30,993 nucleotides of DNA from an uncultured Methanosarcinales archaeon. Its GTDB lineage: Archaea; Nanobdellota; Nanobdellia; Woesearchaeales; DATDXC01. The stretch is from contig CAZDZV010000004.1 of NCBI GenBank assembly GCA_964510025.1, positions 126,611 through 157,603 of the forward strand. The letters run 5' to 3'. Under the pieces are notes generated by a model that was not told the origin of the DNA, searched no databases, and saw only the letters and a program-made list of their open reading frames with translations. Position 1 is the first letter of the stretch. Each line of letters opens with the position of its first letter. Below, piece by piece: positions 1-8,024 of the stretch. The position numbers and the translations under genes were made by a program.

Positions 1-507
1 ATGAATATCGACTACGTCCAGGAAAACCCGAACAAGCCTCTTGGAACAGCCGGCCCTATCAAGCTGGCAGAGGACAAGCTGAAGGACAGTTTTATAGTGT
101 CAAACGGTGATGAGCTAAAATCAATAAATATCTCCAGGATGTTCAGGCTGCACAAGAGAAAGAAGGCACTGGCAACCATCGCCCTGACTTCAGTGAACGA
201 TCCTTCGCTGTATGGGGTAGCCAGGCTGGACGGCAGCAGGATAGTTGAGTTTGTCGAGAAGCCAAAAAAGGACTCTCCTTCAAACCTTATCAACTCTGGA
301 TTCTACATCCTCGAGCCAGAGGTCATAGAGATGATCCCGGAAAACAGGAAGTGCATGCTTGAGACAGATATATTCCCGAAGCTGGCAGAGGACGGCAACC
401 TTAGGGGCTTTCCATTCTCCGGCCAGTGGTTCGACACAGGTAATTTTGAAAGGCTTGAAGATGCCAGAAAAAACTGGAAGGGTATCCATGTCAAGGAGGA
501 AAACTAG
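1..507 (+). CDS. NDP-sugar pyrophosphorylase / nucleotidyltransferase (GT-A fold), 5'-truncated by the window edge
   Basis: Motifs PLGTAG, VSNGD, YGVA, FVEKP, INSGFY and WFDTG. The N-terminal GGxGxR motif is missing, so the true start lies upstream. Adjacent to PMM/PGM. Confidence 0.9.
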   Translation: MNIDYVQENPNKPLGTAGPIKLAEDKLKDSFIVSNGDELKSINISRMFRLHKRKKALATIALTSVNDPSLYGVARLDGSRIVEFVEKPKKDSPSNLINSGFYILEPEVIEMIPENRKCMLETDIFPKLAEDGNLRGFPFSGQWFDTGNFERLEDARKNWKGIHVKEEN

Positions 508-510
508 GTA

Positions 511-1842
511 ATGTCGATCTTCAAAGCATACGATGTACGGGGGATTTACCCGGATGAGATAGATGAGCATCTGGCCTACAAGATAGGGAGGGCTTTCGTG
601 GTCTTCATGAAGGCCAAACAGGTGGTGGTCTCCCAGGACATGAGGGTAAGCTCTGACTCATTGAAGAAGGAGCTATTGGCAGGCATAACAGACCAGGGCG
701 CAGATGTGATAGAGGTTCAGGGATTCAGCTCTACGCCAAAGCATTATTTTGCTTCATGGTGGCTTAAGGCTCCTGCATCAATAATGGTGACTGCATCCCA
801 TAATCCAGGCAAATACAACGGATTCAAGTTCACAAGGAAGGATGCGATCGCTATATCGGGAGAGGATGGGATCAAGGATATGGAAAAGCTGGTAGCTGAG
901 AATAGCTTTCGCAAGCCCACGAGAAAAGGCAGAATAATAAGGAAAGATATCACTGAAGAGTATAAGAAACATCTGATGAAATTTGTTGATGCGAAAAAAA
1001 TAAGGCCGCTAAAGGTTGTGATTGATGCTGGCAATGGCATGGGGGGCAGAGAGCTTGAGCTGATCCTGGATAAGCTCCCGCTGCATGTCATCAAGATGTA
1101 CTTTGAGCCTGATGGATCATTCCCCAACCATGAAGCCAACCCGCTTCTGGATGAAAACTGCAAGGCAATAATAAAGAGGATAAGGAAAGAAAAAGCTGAT
1201 CTGGGGATAGCGCCTGATGGTGATGTTGACAGGGTGTTCTTTTTTGACGAGAAAGGGAGGAGGATACCCGGCGACCTTGTCACGGCGCTGATAGCTGAAA
1301 AGCTGCTCGAAAGAGGCAGGGGGGAAAAGGTCCTTTATGACTTAAGAAGCTCATGGGCCACAAAGGAAAAGATAGAAGAGCACGGAGGCAAGGCTTTGAT
1401 GTGCAGGGTCGGCCATGCCTTTATCAAGGAAAGGATGAGAAAGACAAATGCGCTTTTCGCCGGCGAGCTTTCAGGCCATTTTTATTTCAGGGAAAATTTC
1501 TTCACTGACTCAGGCATAATAGCTGCCCTAAAATTTCTACAGATTGTATCCAGGAAAAACAAGAAAGTCAGCGACATCATAGAGCCGATGAAAAAGTATT
1601 ATGTCTCAGGTGAGATTAATTCCACTGTGAAGAACAAGGATAAGATCATGAAAAAACTCGGACAGCTCTATGCAGACGGCAAGGTAACCTGGATAGACGG
1701 CATACGGGTGGATTACGATGATTGGTGGTTCAATGTACGCCCGTCCAACACAGAGCCGTTGCTGAGGCTAAACCTGGAAGCCAAGACAAAGGAGCTTATG
1801 GAAGAAAAAAGAGATGAGATTCTGGGTATAATCAGAAGCTGA
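511..1842 (+). CDS. manB: Phosphomannomutase/phosphoglucomutase
   Basis: N-terminal FKAYDVRG, phosphoserine loop TASHNP, metal loop DGDVDR, sugar loop GELSGH, C-terminal RPSNTEP. Confidence 0.95.
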   Translation: MSIFKAYDVRGIYPDEIDEHLAYKIGRAFVVFMKAKQVVVSQDMRVSSDSLKKELLAGITDQGADVIEVQGFSSTPKHYFASWWLKAPASIMVTASHNPGKYNGFKFTRKDAIAISGEDGIKDMEKLVAENSFRKPTRKGRIIRKDITEEYKKHLMKFVDAKKIRPLKVVIDAGNGMGGRELELILDKLPLHVIKMYFEPDGSFPNHEANPLLDENCKAIIKRIRKEKADLGIAPDGDVDRVFFFDEKGRRIPGDLVTALIAEKLLERGRGEKVLYDLRSSWATKEKIEEHGGKALMCRVGHAFIKERMRKTNALFAGELSGHFYFRENFFTDSGIIAALKFLQIVSRKNKKVSDIIEPMKKYYVSGEINSTVKNKDKIMKKLGQLYADGKVTWIDGIRVDYDDWWFNVRPSNTEPLLRLNLEAKTKELMEEKRDEILGIIRS

Positions 1843-1870
1843 CCATTAGAAAATAGTAAAATCTAAAAAT

Positions 1871-1885
1871 CCAAACTTTTAAATA
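1871..1885 (+). promoter_or_regulatory. BRE/TATA promoter of the exosome superoperon
   Basis: CCAAACTTTTAAATA, similar to motifs upstream of rpl35ae, the 25671 gene and lonB. Confidence 0.55.
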
Positions 1886-1961
1886 TGATTGAGAATTTCT
1901 ACGCTCAGTGAGAGGGAAAGGAGAAGTTTAGTTCTCACAACAAAGCAATATATGCTTTAAA

Positions 1962-2325
1962 ATGCGAAAATTAAAGCCTGTTTTACCGAGCTTGCGTGAA
2001 AAGAAGAGGTATTTGGCCTTTGAGATAATTTCAAAGGAACCTATAAGCAGCTTCGAGGAAATCAGGCANNNNNNNNNNGCAGAAGATATGGTCAGCAGTC
2101 CTGGGTTTGCTAGGCGAGCTAGGAAGCGCAAGGGCAGGTATGATCATATTGAAAGACAAGTACGACAGGACTGCTCAAAGAGGATTGATTAAGATTAGCA
2201 ATAAAAGCGTACAGCACCTACAGATGGCTTTGGCTACGATAGACAGCATCGAAAAAAAGCAGGTTATCTTCAGAAGCATAGGTGTAAGTGGAATATTAAA
2301 AAAGGCTGAGAAATTAGCAGCTTGA
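1962..2325 (+). CDS. rnp2: RNase P protein component 2 (Pop5/Rpp14), split only by an assembly gap
   Basis: N-terminal PSLREKKRYLAFEI and C-terminal GVSGILKKA are Pop5 signatures. Removing the 10 Ns plus the duplicated GCA (2069-2081) restores one frame: ...SFEEIRQKIWSAVLGLLGELG... Located upstream of psmA as in the conserved superoperon. Confidence 0.9.
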
Positions 2326-2335
2326 GGTGAAAAAT

Positions 2336-3067
2336 ATGCAACCAATGCCACATCAATTGATGGGATACGACAGGACAATAACCATGTTCAGTCCTGACGG
2401 AAGATTACTGCAGGTTGAATATGCAAAAAAGACCGTTCGACAAGGTTCAACAGCTATAGGTATTGTGTGTTCTGACGGCGTATTGTTCGTCACAGATAAG
2501 AGGATAGTGGATCCTCTGATTATGCCTGAATCTGTCGAAAAGATATGGAAGATTGATGACCATATGGGCGCAACTGCATCCGGGATCATATCTGATGCGA
2601 GAGTTTTGATCGAAAGGGCACAGACAAAGGCCCAGCAGAACAGGGTTACATATGACAGCGAGATAGATACGCTGACCATCGTAAAGGACATAGCAAATCT
2701 GAAGCAGATATGCACCCAGTCAGGAGGACTTAGGCCTTTTGGCGTGTCCATACTGGTGGGAGGTATAGACAACGGTAAGCCAAGGCTGTTTGAGACAGAC
2801 CCCACAGGCATATTCTTTGAATATAAGGCAAGTGTCATCGGAGAAGGCGAAGTGGATGTCGAAGAGATACTGCACAAGGAATACAAAAGTGATGCTACCA
2901 TACAGGATGGCCTTAAGCTTTCTCTCAAGGCGCTTAAGAAGTTTTTAGGGGATAACTTCAGCATAGACAGGGTGGATGCTGCTTATATAAAAACAGATGA
3001 AAAACAGTTCAAGAAGTTTACCAGAAAAGACCTGGAAAAAGCATCCAACAACAGAAAGAAAAAGTAA
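2336..3067 (+). CDS. psmA: 20S proteasome alpha subunit
   Basis: GYDRTITMFSPDGRLLQVEYA, RPFGVSIL and LFETDPTG motifs. ATG at 2336 follows the RBS GAGGTGA. Confidence 0.97.
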   Translation: MQPMPHQLMGYDRTITMFSPDGRLLQVEYAKKTVRQGSTAIGIVCSDGVLFVTDKRIVDPLIMPESVEKIWKIDDHMGATASGIISDARVLIERAQTKAQQNRVTYDSEIDTLTIVKDIANLKQICTQSGGLRPFGVSILVGGIDNGKPRLFETDPTGIFFEYKASVIGEGEVDVEEILHKEYKSDATIQDGLKLSLKALKKFLGDNFSIDRVDAAYIKTDEKQFKKFTRKDLEKASNNRKKK

Positions 3068-3068
3068 A

Positions 3069-3770
3069 ATGGTTTCTGTAGACAACGCTCAGATCGCAAA
3101 GCTCAAGTCGCACGGCCAAAGTTTTGAGATCCTGGTTGATATAGCTTTGGCGACAAGGCTGAAAGGCGGCGAAGCTGTAGATATTGATGCCATGCTCGCT
3201 GTACCCAAGGTGTTCAGCGACGCAAAGAAAGGTGAAGAAGCATCTCCTAATTCCATGAAGCAGGCCTTTGGAACCGATGATATCGGTGAGATCGTCAAGA
3301 TAATAGTGACCAAGGGCGACCTTCCGCTTACTACAGAATACAAAAGCAGCATGAGGGAAAAGAAAAAAAAGCAGATTATAAACATGATACACAGGAATGC
3401 TGTGGACCCAAAAACACACCTTCCTCATCCGCCTAAGAGGATAGAGAACGCACTGGAGGAATCAAAGTTCCATGTTGATGAGTTCGCAGATGTCAACAGG
3501 CAGCTCGAGGTTGCCCTGAAGAAGATCAGGCCAATATTGCCTATAAAGTTTGAAGTGAAAGAGATAGCAGTCAAGATACCTGGAGAGTATGCAGCTAAAT
3601 CATACCCCATCATCCAGCAGTTCGGAAAGAAGCTCAAGGAAGACTGGCAGGCAGATGGCAGCTATATAGCTGTTGTGGAGATGCCTGGCGGACTGGAGGA
3701 AGATTTCCATAATAGGCTCAATGCCTTATGCCATGGCAATGTAGAGACAAAGGTTATTAAGACAAAATGA
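3069..3770 (+). CDS. SBDS: Ribosome maturation factor SBDS/Sdo1
   Basis: FEILVD, VFSDAKKG, AFGTDD and DPKTHLPHPPKRIENA motifs; conserved position after psmA. Start set to ATG 3069. Confidence 0.95.
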   Translation: MVSVDNAQIAKLKSHGQSFEILVDIALATRLKGGEAVDIDAMLAVPKVFSDAKKGEEASPNSMKQAFGTDDIGEIVKIIVTKGDLPLTTEYKSSMREKKKKQIINMIHRNAVDPKTHLPHPPKRIENALEESKFHVDEFADVNRQLEVALKKIRPILPIKFEVKEIAVKIPGEYAAKSYPIIQQFGKKLKEDWQADGSYIAVVEMPGGLEEDFHNRLNALCHGNVETKVIKTK

Positions 3771-4288
3771 TAGCGATGCATGACTTATATGATATTGCAT
3801 TTGGACCTGTGAGAGACTGGTTAGCTGACAGAAGAAGGGTTGCAGACCTATTGAATGATTCGCTATATTACCAGGATACAGCTCAATTTTTTGATAGATA
3901 TCCGAGGATTAGCGAGATTGAGAGGTCCCAGTCCCACAGGATAGAAGATGCTGTATTCTGGGGGATAGAAAGGTTTCCAGGCACATTTCTGAGAGGCTCG
4001 CATCTTAGGCTGACCTTCACGACAGAAGAAGATTACAAGCATGCCGAAGCTGCTATGGCAGATATTCCGTTTGAAAGCAAGCTGCTGCTATACTGTGACC
4101 CTTTGCCTATCCTGGGTGCAACACGAAGGACGCAGAATTGGTATATAGCCAACGGCTTGAGAAGAGGGCATCATGCAGCTGTGACTTTTGCATATGACCC
4201 AAGGATAGACAGGTATTCAGTCTTAGAGATTATGGATATGACTGCTCAGGAAAGGCTAAGACAGGCACTGATGCAGCCCACAAGGTGA
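3767..4288 (+). CDS. Hypothetical protein (173 aa ORFan) inside the exosome operon
   Basis: Open frame exactly fills the SBDS-rrp4 gap, with an ATGA overlap to the SBDS stop. No recognisable motif. Confidence 0.75.
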   Translation: MIAMHDLYDIAFGPVRDWLADRRRVADLLNDSLYYQDTAQFFDRYPRISEIERSQSHRIEDAVFWGIERFPGTFLRGSHLRLTFTTEEDYKHAEAAMADIPFESKLLLYCDPLPILGATRRTQNWYIANGLRRGHHAAVTFAYDPRIDRYSVLEIMDMTAQERLRQALMQPTR

Positions 4289-4292
4289 TAAA

Positions 4293-5018
4293 ATGAGCAA
4301 GATAATAGCAAAAAATAAGGAAGTTTATGTTCCTGGAGAGAAGCTTGCAGAAGGCATGGACTATCTTCCAGGAGACGGAGCATACAGGGAAGGAGAGGAT
4401 ATAGTGGCAGGCAGGCTTGGTCTTGCCATGGTCGATGGAAGGACCATCAAGCTGATCAAGCTTTCTGGAAAATATATCCCAAAGAAGAATGACACAATAA
4501 TATGCAAGGTCATAGACGTAAATTTTAGCGGCTGGCGCCTTGATACAAACTGCGCTTATTCAGCTATGCTGTCTCTGAAAGAAGCTACTTCTGACTATAT
4601 AGCCAGGGGCGCTGATCTGACCCAGTACTACAACATTGGCGACTATCTTGTTTGCAAGATAACCAATGTCACAAGCCAGAAGCTTATCGACGTGACCATG
4701 AAAGGCCCTGGGCTCAGGAAGCTCAACGAGGGAAGGATAATCAGGGTTAACACGAACAAGGTACCGCGGATAATCGGAAAGCAGGGAAGCATGGTGTCTA
4801 TGATAAAACAGGCTACAAACTGCCGGATTATCGTGGGCCAGAACGGTCTCGTATGGATCCAGGGTGACCCAAAAGGCGAGCTCTTGGCAGTGAATACCAT
4901 AAAGAAGATTGAGATGGAATCTCATCTTAGCGGATTGACCGACAAGATAAAGGAATACCTGGAGAAAGAAACAGGAAGCAAGATAGGTGATAATCATGAC
5001 ATACAAAAAAAGGCTTAA
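4293..5018 (+). CDS. rrp4: Exosome RNA-binding protein Rrp4
   Basis: VPGE N-terminus, S1 domain (YIPKKNDTII), KH domain (KVPRIIGKQGSM, IIVGQNGLVWI) and SGLTD. Confidence 0.96.
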   Translation: MSKIIAKNKEVYVPGEKLAEGMDYLPGDGAYREGEDIVAGRLGLAMVDGRTIKLIKLSGKYIPKKNDTIICKVIDVNFSGWRLDTNCAYSAMLSLKEATSDYIARGADLTQYYNIGDYLVCKITNVTSQKLIDVTMKGPGLRKLNEGRIIRVNTNKVPRIIGKQGSMVSMIKQATNCRIIVGQNGLVWIQGDPKGELLAVNTIKKIEMESHLSGLTDKIKEYLEKETGSKIGDNHDIQKKA

Positions 5019-5712
5019 TAACAGGGGATTTGACGAAACAAGGAAGATCGAAGCAAAGGTTGGGATAATCAAGAGAGCTGACGGGTCTGCTTATTTCAGG
5101 ATAGGGAACACATGGGCTTACGCCGCAGTGTACGGTCCCAGAGACCTATACCCAAGGTTCCTGCAGGATCCCCAGCAGGGCACCCTAAGGTGCAATTACA
5201 ACATGATGCCTTTCTCATCATCCAATGAGAGGGTGAGACCAGGCGGCTCAAGGAGGTCAAAAGAGATCTCGATGGTGACTCAGAACGCGCTGCTGCCTGT
5301 AATAAACCTTAGCCAGTTTCCTAACAGCGTGGTGGATGTTTTCATAGAGCTCCCCCAGACAGAGGCTGGTTCAAGATGCGCAGGCATCTGCGCAGCTTCT
5401 ATGGCTCTTGCAGATGCAGGTATCGACATGAAAGACCTTGTTGCTTCAGTCTCTGTAGGGAGGGTCGATGACAAGCTTCTTGTTGACCTGGATTACAGCG
5501 AAGAGTCCTATCCAGACGGTCCAGTGGCCGACATCCCTGTAGCGATGATACCTAACTCAGGCACCATCAGCTTGCTGCAGATGGATGGGCTGATCAAGAA
5601 AGACAGGCTCATGGAAGTGCTGGAAAAAGCAAAAAAAGCATGCTTAGATATCTACCAGATCCAAAAAAAGGCGTTGAAGGAGAAATATAAGAAGGTGAGC
5701 ACAGATGAATGA
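4996..5712 (+). CDS. rrp41: Exosome core subunit Rrp41 (RNase PH fold)
   Basis: RADGSAY, AAVYGPR, YNMMPFS, RRSKEIS, AGSRCAGI and LLQMDG motifs. ATG 4996 follows GGTGA. Confidence 0.96.
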   Translation: MTYKKRLNNRGFDETRKIEAKVGIIKRADGSAYFRIGNTWAYAAVYGPRDLYPRFLQDPQQGTLRCNYNMMPFSSSNERVRPGGSRRSKEISMVTQNALLPVINLSQFPNSVVDVFIELPQTEAGSRCAGICAASMALADAGIDMKDLVASVSVGRVDDKLLVDLDYSEESYPDGPVADIPVAMIPNSGTISLLQMDGLIKKDRLMEVLEKAKKACLDIYQIQKKALKEKYKKVSTDE

Positions 5713-6478
5713 AGAACTTAAGCATCACGTTATTGAACTTCTTAAAGAAGGTATGAGGCTGGATGGCAGAAAGCCCCTGGAGTACAGGAAACCAATAAAG
5801 ATTGAAAAAGGCATAATAGAGACAGCAGGAGGCTCTGCCCGGGCCACAATTGGGGAGACAGAAGTTATAGTGGGCATTAAGTTTGAGGTGGGTACACCTT
5901 ATCCAGACAAGCCGGATGAAGGCACGATAATATGTGGAGCCGAATTGCTTCCTTTGTCCAACCCTGAATTCGAGTCTGGTCCCCCGGGTATCCAGGCCAT
6001 TGAGCTGGCTAGGGTCATAGATAGGGGCATCAGGGAAAGCTCAGCTATAGATTTTAAGAAGCTGTGCATCGAGAAAGGGGAAAAAGTGTGGCTCATATTG
6101 ATAGACATATGCCCCATAAATGACGCTGGCAACCTTCTTGATGCTTCTTCACTGGCCACTTTGGCTGCATTGCAGGATGCCAAATTTCCTGTTTATGGGG
6201 AGGATGGAATCGACTATAAGGCAGAGAGGATAGACAGCCTGAAGCTCGAAAAAAAGCCTATAGAGGTCACTGTCCATAAGATAGGGGAGCATTACATTAT
6301 AGATCCCACAACAGAAGAGGAAAAAATTACAGAGGCCAGGTTGACTGTGGCTGTGCTGGAAGACAATACATTATGCGCTATGCAGAAAGGGGGGGAATGC
6401 CCTCTGAAGGCAGATGAGATAAGCAAGATGATAGATATTGCTTTGGATAAGGCTAAAGAGATGCGAGGTGCTTTATGA
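5705..6478 (+). CDS. rrp42: Exosome core subunit Rrp42
   Basis: [39 protein letters not shown] and AMQKGG motifs. Confidence 0.96.
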   Translation: MNEELKHHVIELLKEGMRLDGRKPLEYRKPIKIEKGIIETAGGSARATIGETEVIVGIKFEVGTPYPDKPDEGTIICGAELLPLSNPEFESGPPGIQAIELARVIDRGIRESSAIDFKKLCIEKGEKVWLILIDICPINDAGNLLDASSLATLAALQDAKFPVYGEDGIDYKAERIDSLKLEKKPIEVTVHKIGEHYIIDPTTEEEKITEARLTVAVLEDNTLCAMQKGGECPLKADEISKMIDIALDKAKEMRGAL

Positions 6479-6690
6479 CAAAAAACACCAGGTTTGAAAA
6501 AGCAAGGATAATTGGGTCAAGAGCGTTGCAGATAGGCATGGGTGCTAAGCCATTGGTAAAGCTCTCCGAGGACGATCTTCAGAAGATAAGATTCAATCCT
6601 ATAGAGATAGCGAAACTGGAGTATGACCAGGGACTCATCCCAATCGACGTAAAAAGGCCTTACCCAAAATCTAAGGCAGAAGAAAAATAA
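6475..6690 (+). CDS. rpoK: DNA-directed RNA polymerase subunit K (Rpo6)
   Basis: [20 protein letters not shown] signature; ATGA overlap with rrp42. Confidence 0.95.
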   Translation: MTKNTRFEKARIIGSRALQIGMGAKPLVKLSEDDLQKIRFNPIEIAKLEYDQGLIPIDVKRPYPKSKAEEK

Positions 6691-6691
6691 T

Positions 6692-6949
6692 TTATTTTAT
6701 TTCTACTTTTGTTCCGATACTTTGGCCAGGCATCCCTTTCTCAAATACCGCCCTTAAGGCTCCCTTGTTGCCGTGGGCAGAACTTATCTTGCCCTTGATC
6801 TCTTTGCCGGCAGGGCTTTTCCATGACACTGATTTGCCGATTAAGCCGGCAGCCTTGTCTTTCTTATCCAGGTCTTTAACCGAAATCACCATCTGGTTCA
6901 TTGTCTGTGTTCTCCGTCCTCTTCTGAAGCTTGTTATTGTTCCGTCCAT
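6692..6949 (-). CDS. rpl35ae: 50S ribosomal protein L35Ae
   Basis: SFRRGRRTQ...GKISSAHGNKGALRAVFEKGMPGQSIG pattern. Confidence 0.93.
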   Translation of the reverse strand: MDGTITSFRRGRRTQTMNQMVISVKDLDKKDKAAGLIGKSVSWKSPAGKEIKGKISSAHGNKGALRAVFEKGMPGQSIGTKVEIK

Positions 6950-6973
6950 AGAATCCTGAGAAGTTATGGTTGA

Positions 6974-7001
6974 TTTAAAAAGTTTTGCATATTTTTATAA
7001 A
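6974..7001. promoter_or_regulatory. Back-to-back TATA boxes for rpl35ae (-) and the 7025 gene (+)
   Basis: Minus strand AAAACTTTTTAAA (6986-6974) lies ~25 nt before ATG 6949. Plus strand TTTTTATAAA (6992-7001) lies ~23 nt before ATG 7025. Confidence 0.55.
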
Positions 7002-7024
7002 GCGTCTTGTATTCTGTCCCAAGC

Positions 7025-7798
7025 ATGACAGCTGGTATTCAGCCTTTGGTAAGGCTAGCAAGGACAAGGGAGCTGCAGCAGCTGGTTGCAGAGCTCACAG
7101 GATTGTATGGACAGCCCCCTGATGTTCCGGAGATTGTGCGAAGGTTTAGGGCTCATCCGAGATTTGATCCTGAAAGGGCACATAAGCTATCTGACTACAA
7201 GAAGCACTTCTCAGAGACTGATCTGGATCTGCGGCTTGAGCAGCTGGCAGAGGCGCATCCTGAATGGGAGATGAATTTTGAGCCTTTTGGACCGAGAACT
7301 GAAACACCCAACTATGTATTCTGGTGCAGCCATTCAGGCAGGACATTTGCATTGCAGAAAGGGGCAGTAGACCAAAATGGATATACCAAGAAACAAGAAT
7401 ATGATAAGCTGATTACTATCAAGGGGCCGGGATGGCCTTTTCCTGTAATATTTGAAGTGAGGATAAGCAGATGGTTAACCTCAAAATACAGGGTCAGAGG
7501 GGATGGACGAATAGATAGAGGCAGGGGCCTAAGAAATTCCCTAAGGCCCGAATTTTACATGAGAAAATTGGCCCCTATAGCGGAAGCATACGGGCCAAGG
7601 CTCGGCTACGTCTTCGTAGTCTCAAGAACCTTGTATTGGAACAAGGAACGGAACAGAGGAAGGTTTGAGAACAGCACCTGGGAGCAGTTCCATCAAGCGC
7701 ATGGTTTCTGCGTACCATTCTACGCTGGCAGAAAGAGATTTGCCAGGGATGTTCAAGGATGGGTTGCTGAATATAAGCTTCCGTTAAAGCCAGGTTAG
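7025..7798 (+). CDS. Hypothetical protein, possible PD-(D/E)xK nuclease-like fold
   Basis: Long Arg-rich ORF. EYDKLITI...VIFEVR resembles the E-x-D...E-x-K core with Lys replaced by Arg. ATG 7025 fits TATA spacing. Confidence 0.6.
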   Translation: MTAGIQPLVRLARTRELQQLVAELTGLYGQPPDVPEIVRRFRAHPRFDPERAHKLSDYKKHFSETDLDLRLEQLAEAHPEWEMNFEPFGPRTETPNYVFWCSHSGRTFALQKGAVDQNGYTKKQEYDKLITIKGPGWPFPVIFEVRISRWLTSKYRVRGDGRIDRGRGLRNSLRPEFYMRKLAPIAEAYGPRLGYVFVVSRTLYWNKERNRGRFENSTWEQFHQAHGFCVPFYAGRKRFARDVQGWVAEYKLPLKPG

Positions 7799-7994
7799 AT
7801 ATCCAGATTTTTCAGTATAACCTAAGCAAATACTGGTCTCTCCGGGCAGTTTGGGGTGACAGCAATTTTTTCTTTAGCACTGGTTCCCTTGATTTCCGTA
7901 GCATCAGCAACAATCTGCCTGTCAGGATTATAGCACGGGTTATGCTACACTTTTTCTATATTAATTCCTATTTAGTAGTTAAAAATTAGGAATA

Positions 7995-8002
7995 TTTATA
8001 TA
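7995..8002 (+). promoter_or_regulatory. TATA box of the ART-HD gene
   Basis: TTTATATA 22 nt upstream of ATG 8025. It is preceded by the inverted repeat ATTCCTA (7964-7970) / TAGGAAT (7987-7993). Confidence 0.55.
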
Positions 8003-8024
8003 TAGCCCACAAACACTAAATCCC

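Noticed and set aside
2069..2081. Apparent frameshift or split in the Pop5 gene
   Set aside because: It coincides with a 10-N scaffold gap whose flanks overlap by GCA. Removing 13 nt restores an intact reading frame, so this is an artefact rather than a pseudogene or recoding site.
6684..6698. Palindrome AAAATAA-T-TTATTTT between rpoK and rpl35ae
   Set aside because: Explained by two convergent genes both ending in AAA-TAA.
7822..7950. 40-codon minus-strand open frame with a small TAGCA/TGCTA hairpin between the nuclease-like and ART-HD genes
   Set aside because: No usable start (GTG is followed directly by TAG) and no recognisable motif. It cannot be supported as an antitoxin, remnant or ncRNA.
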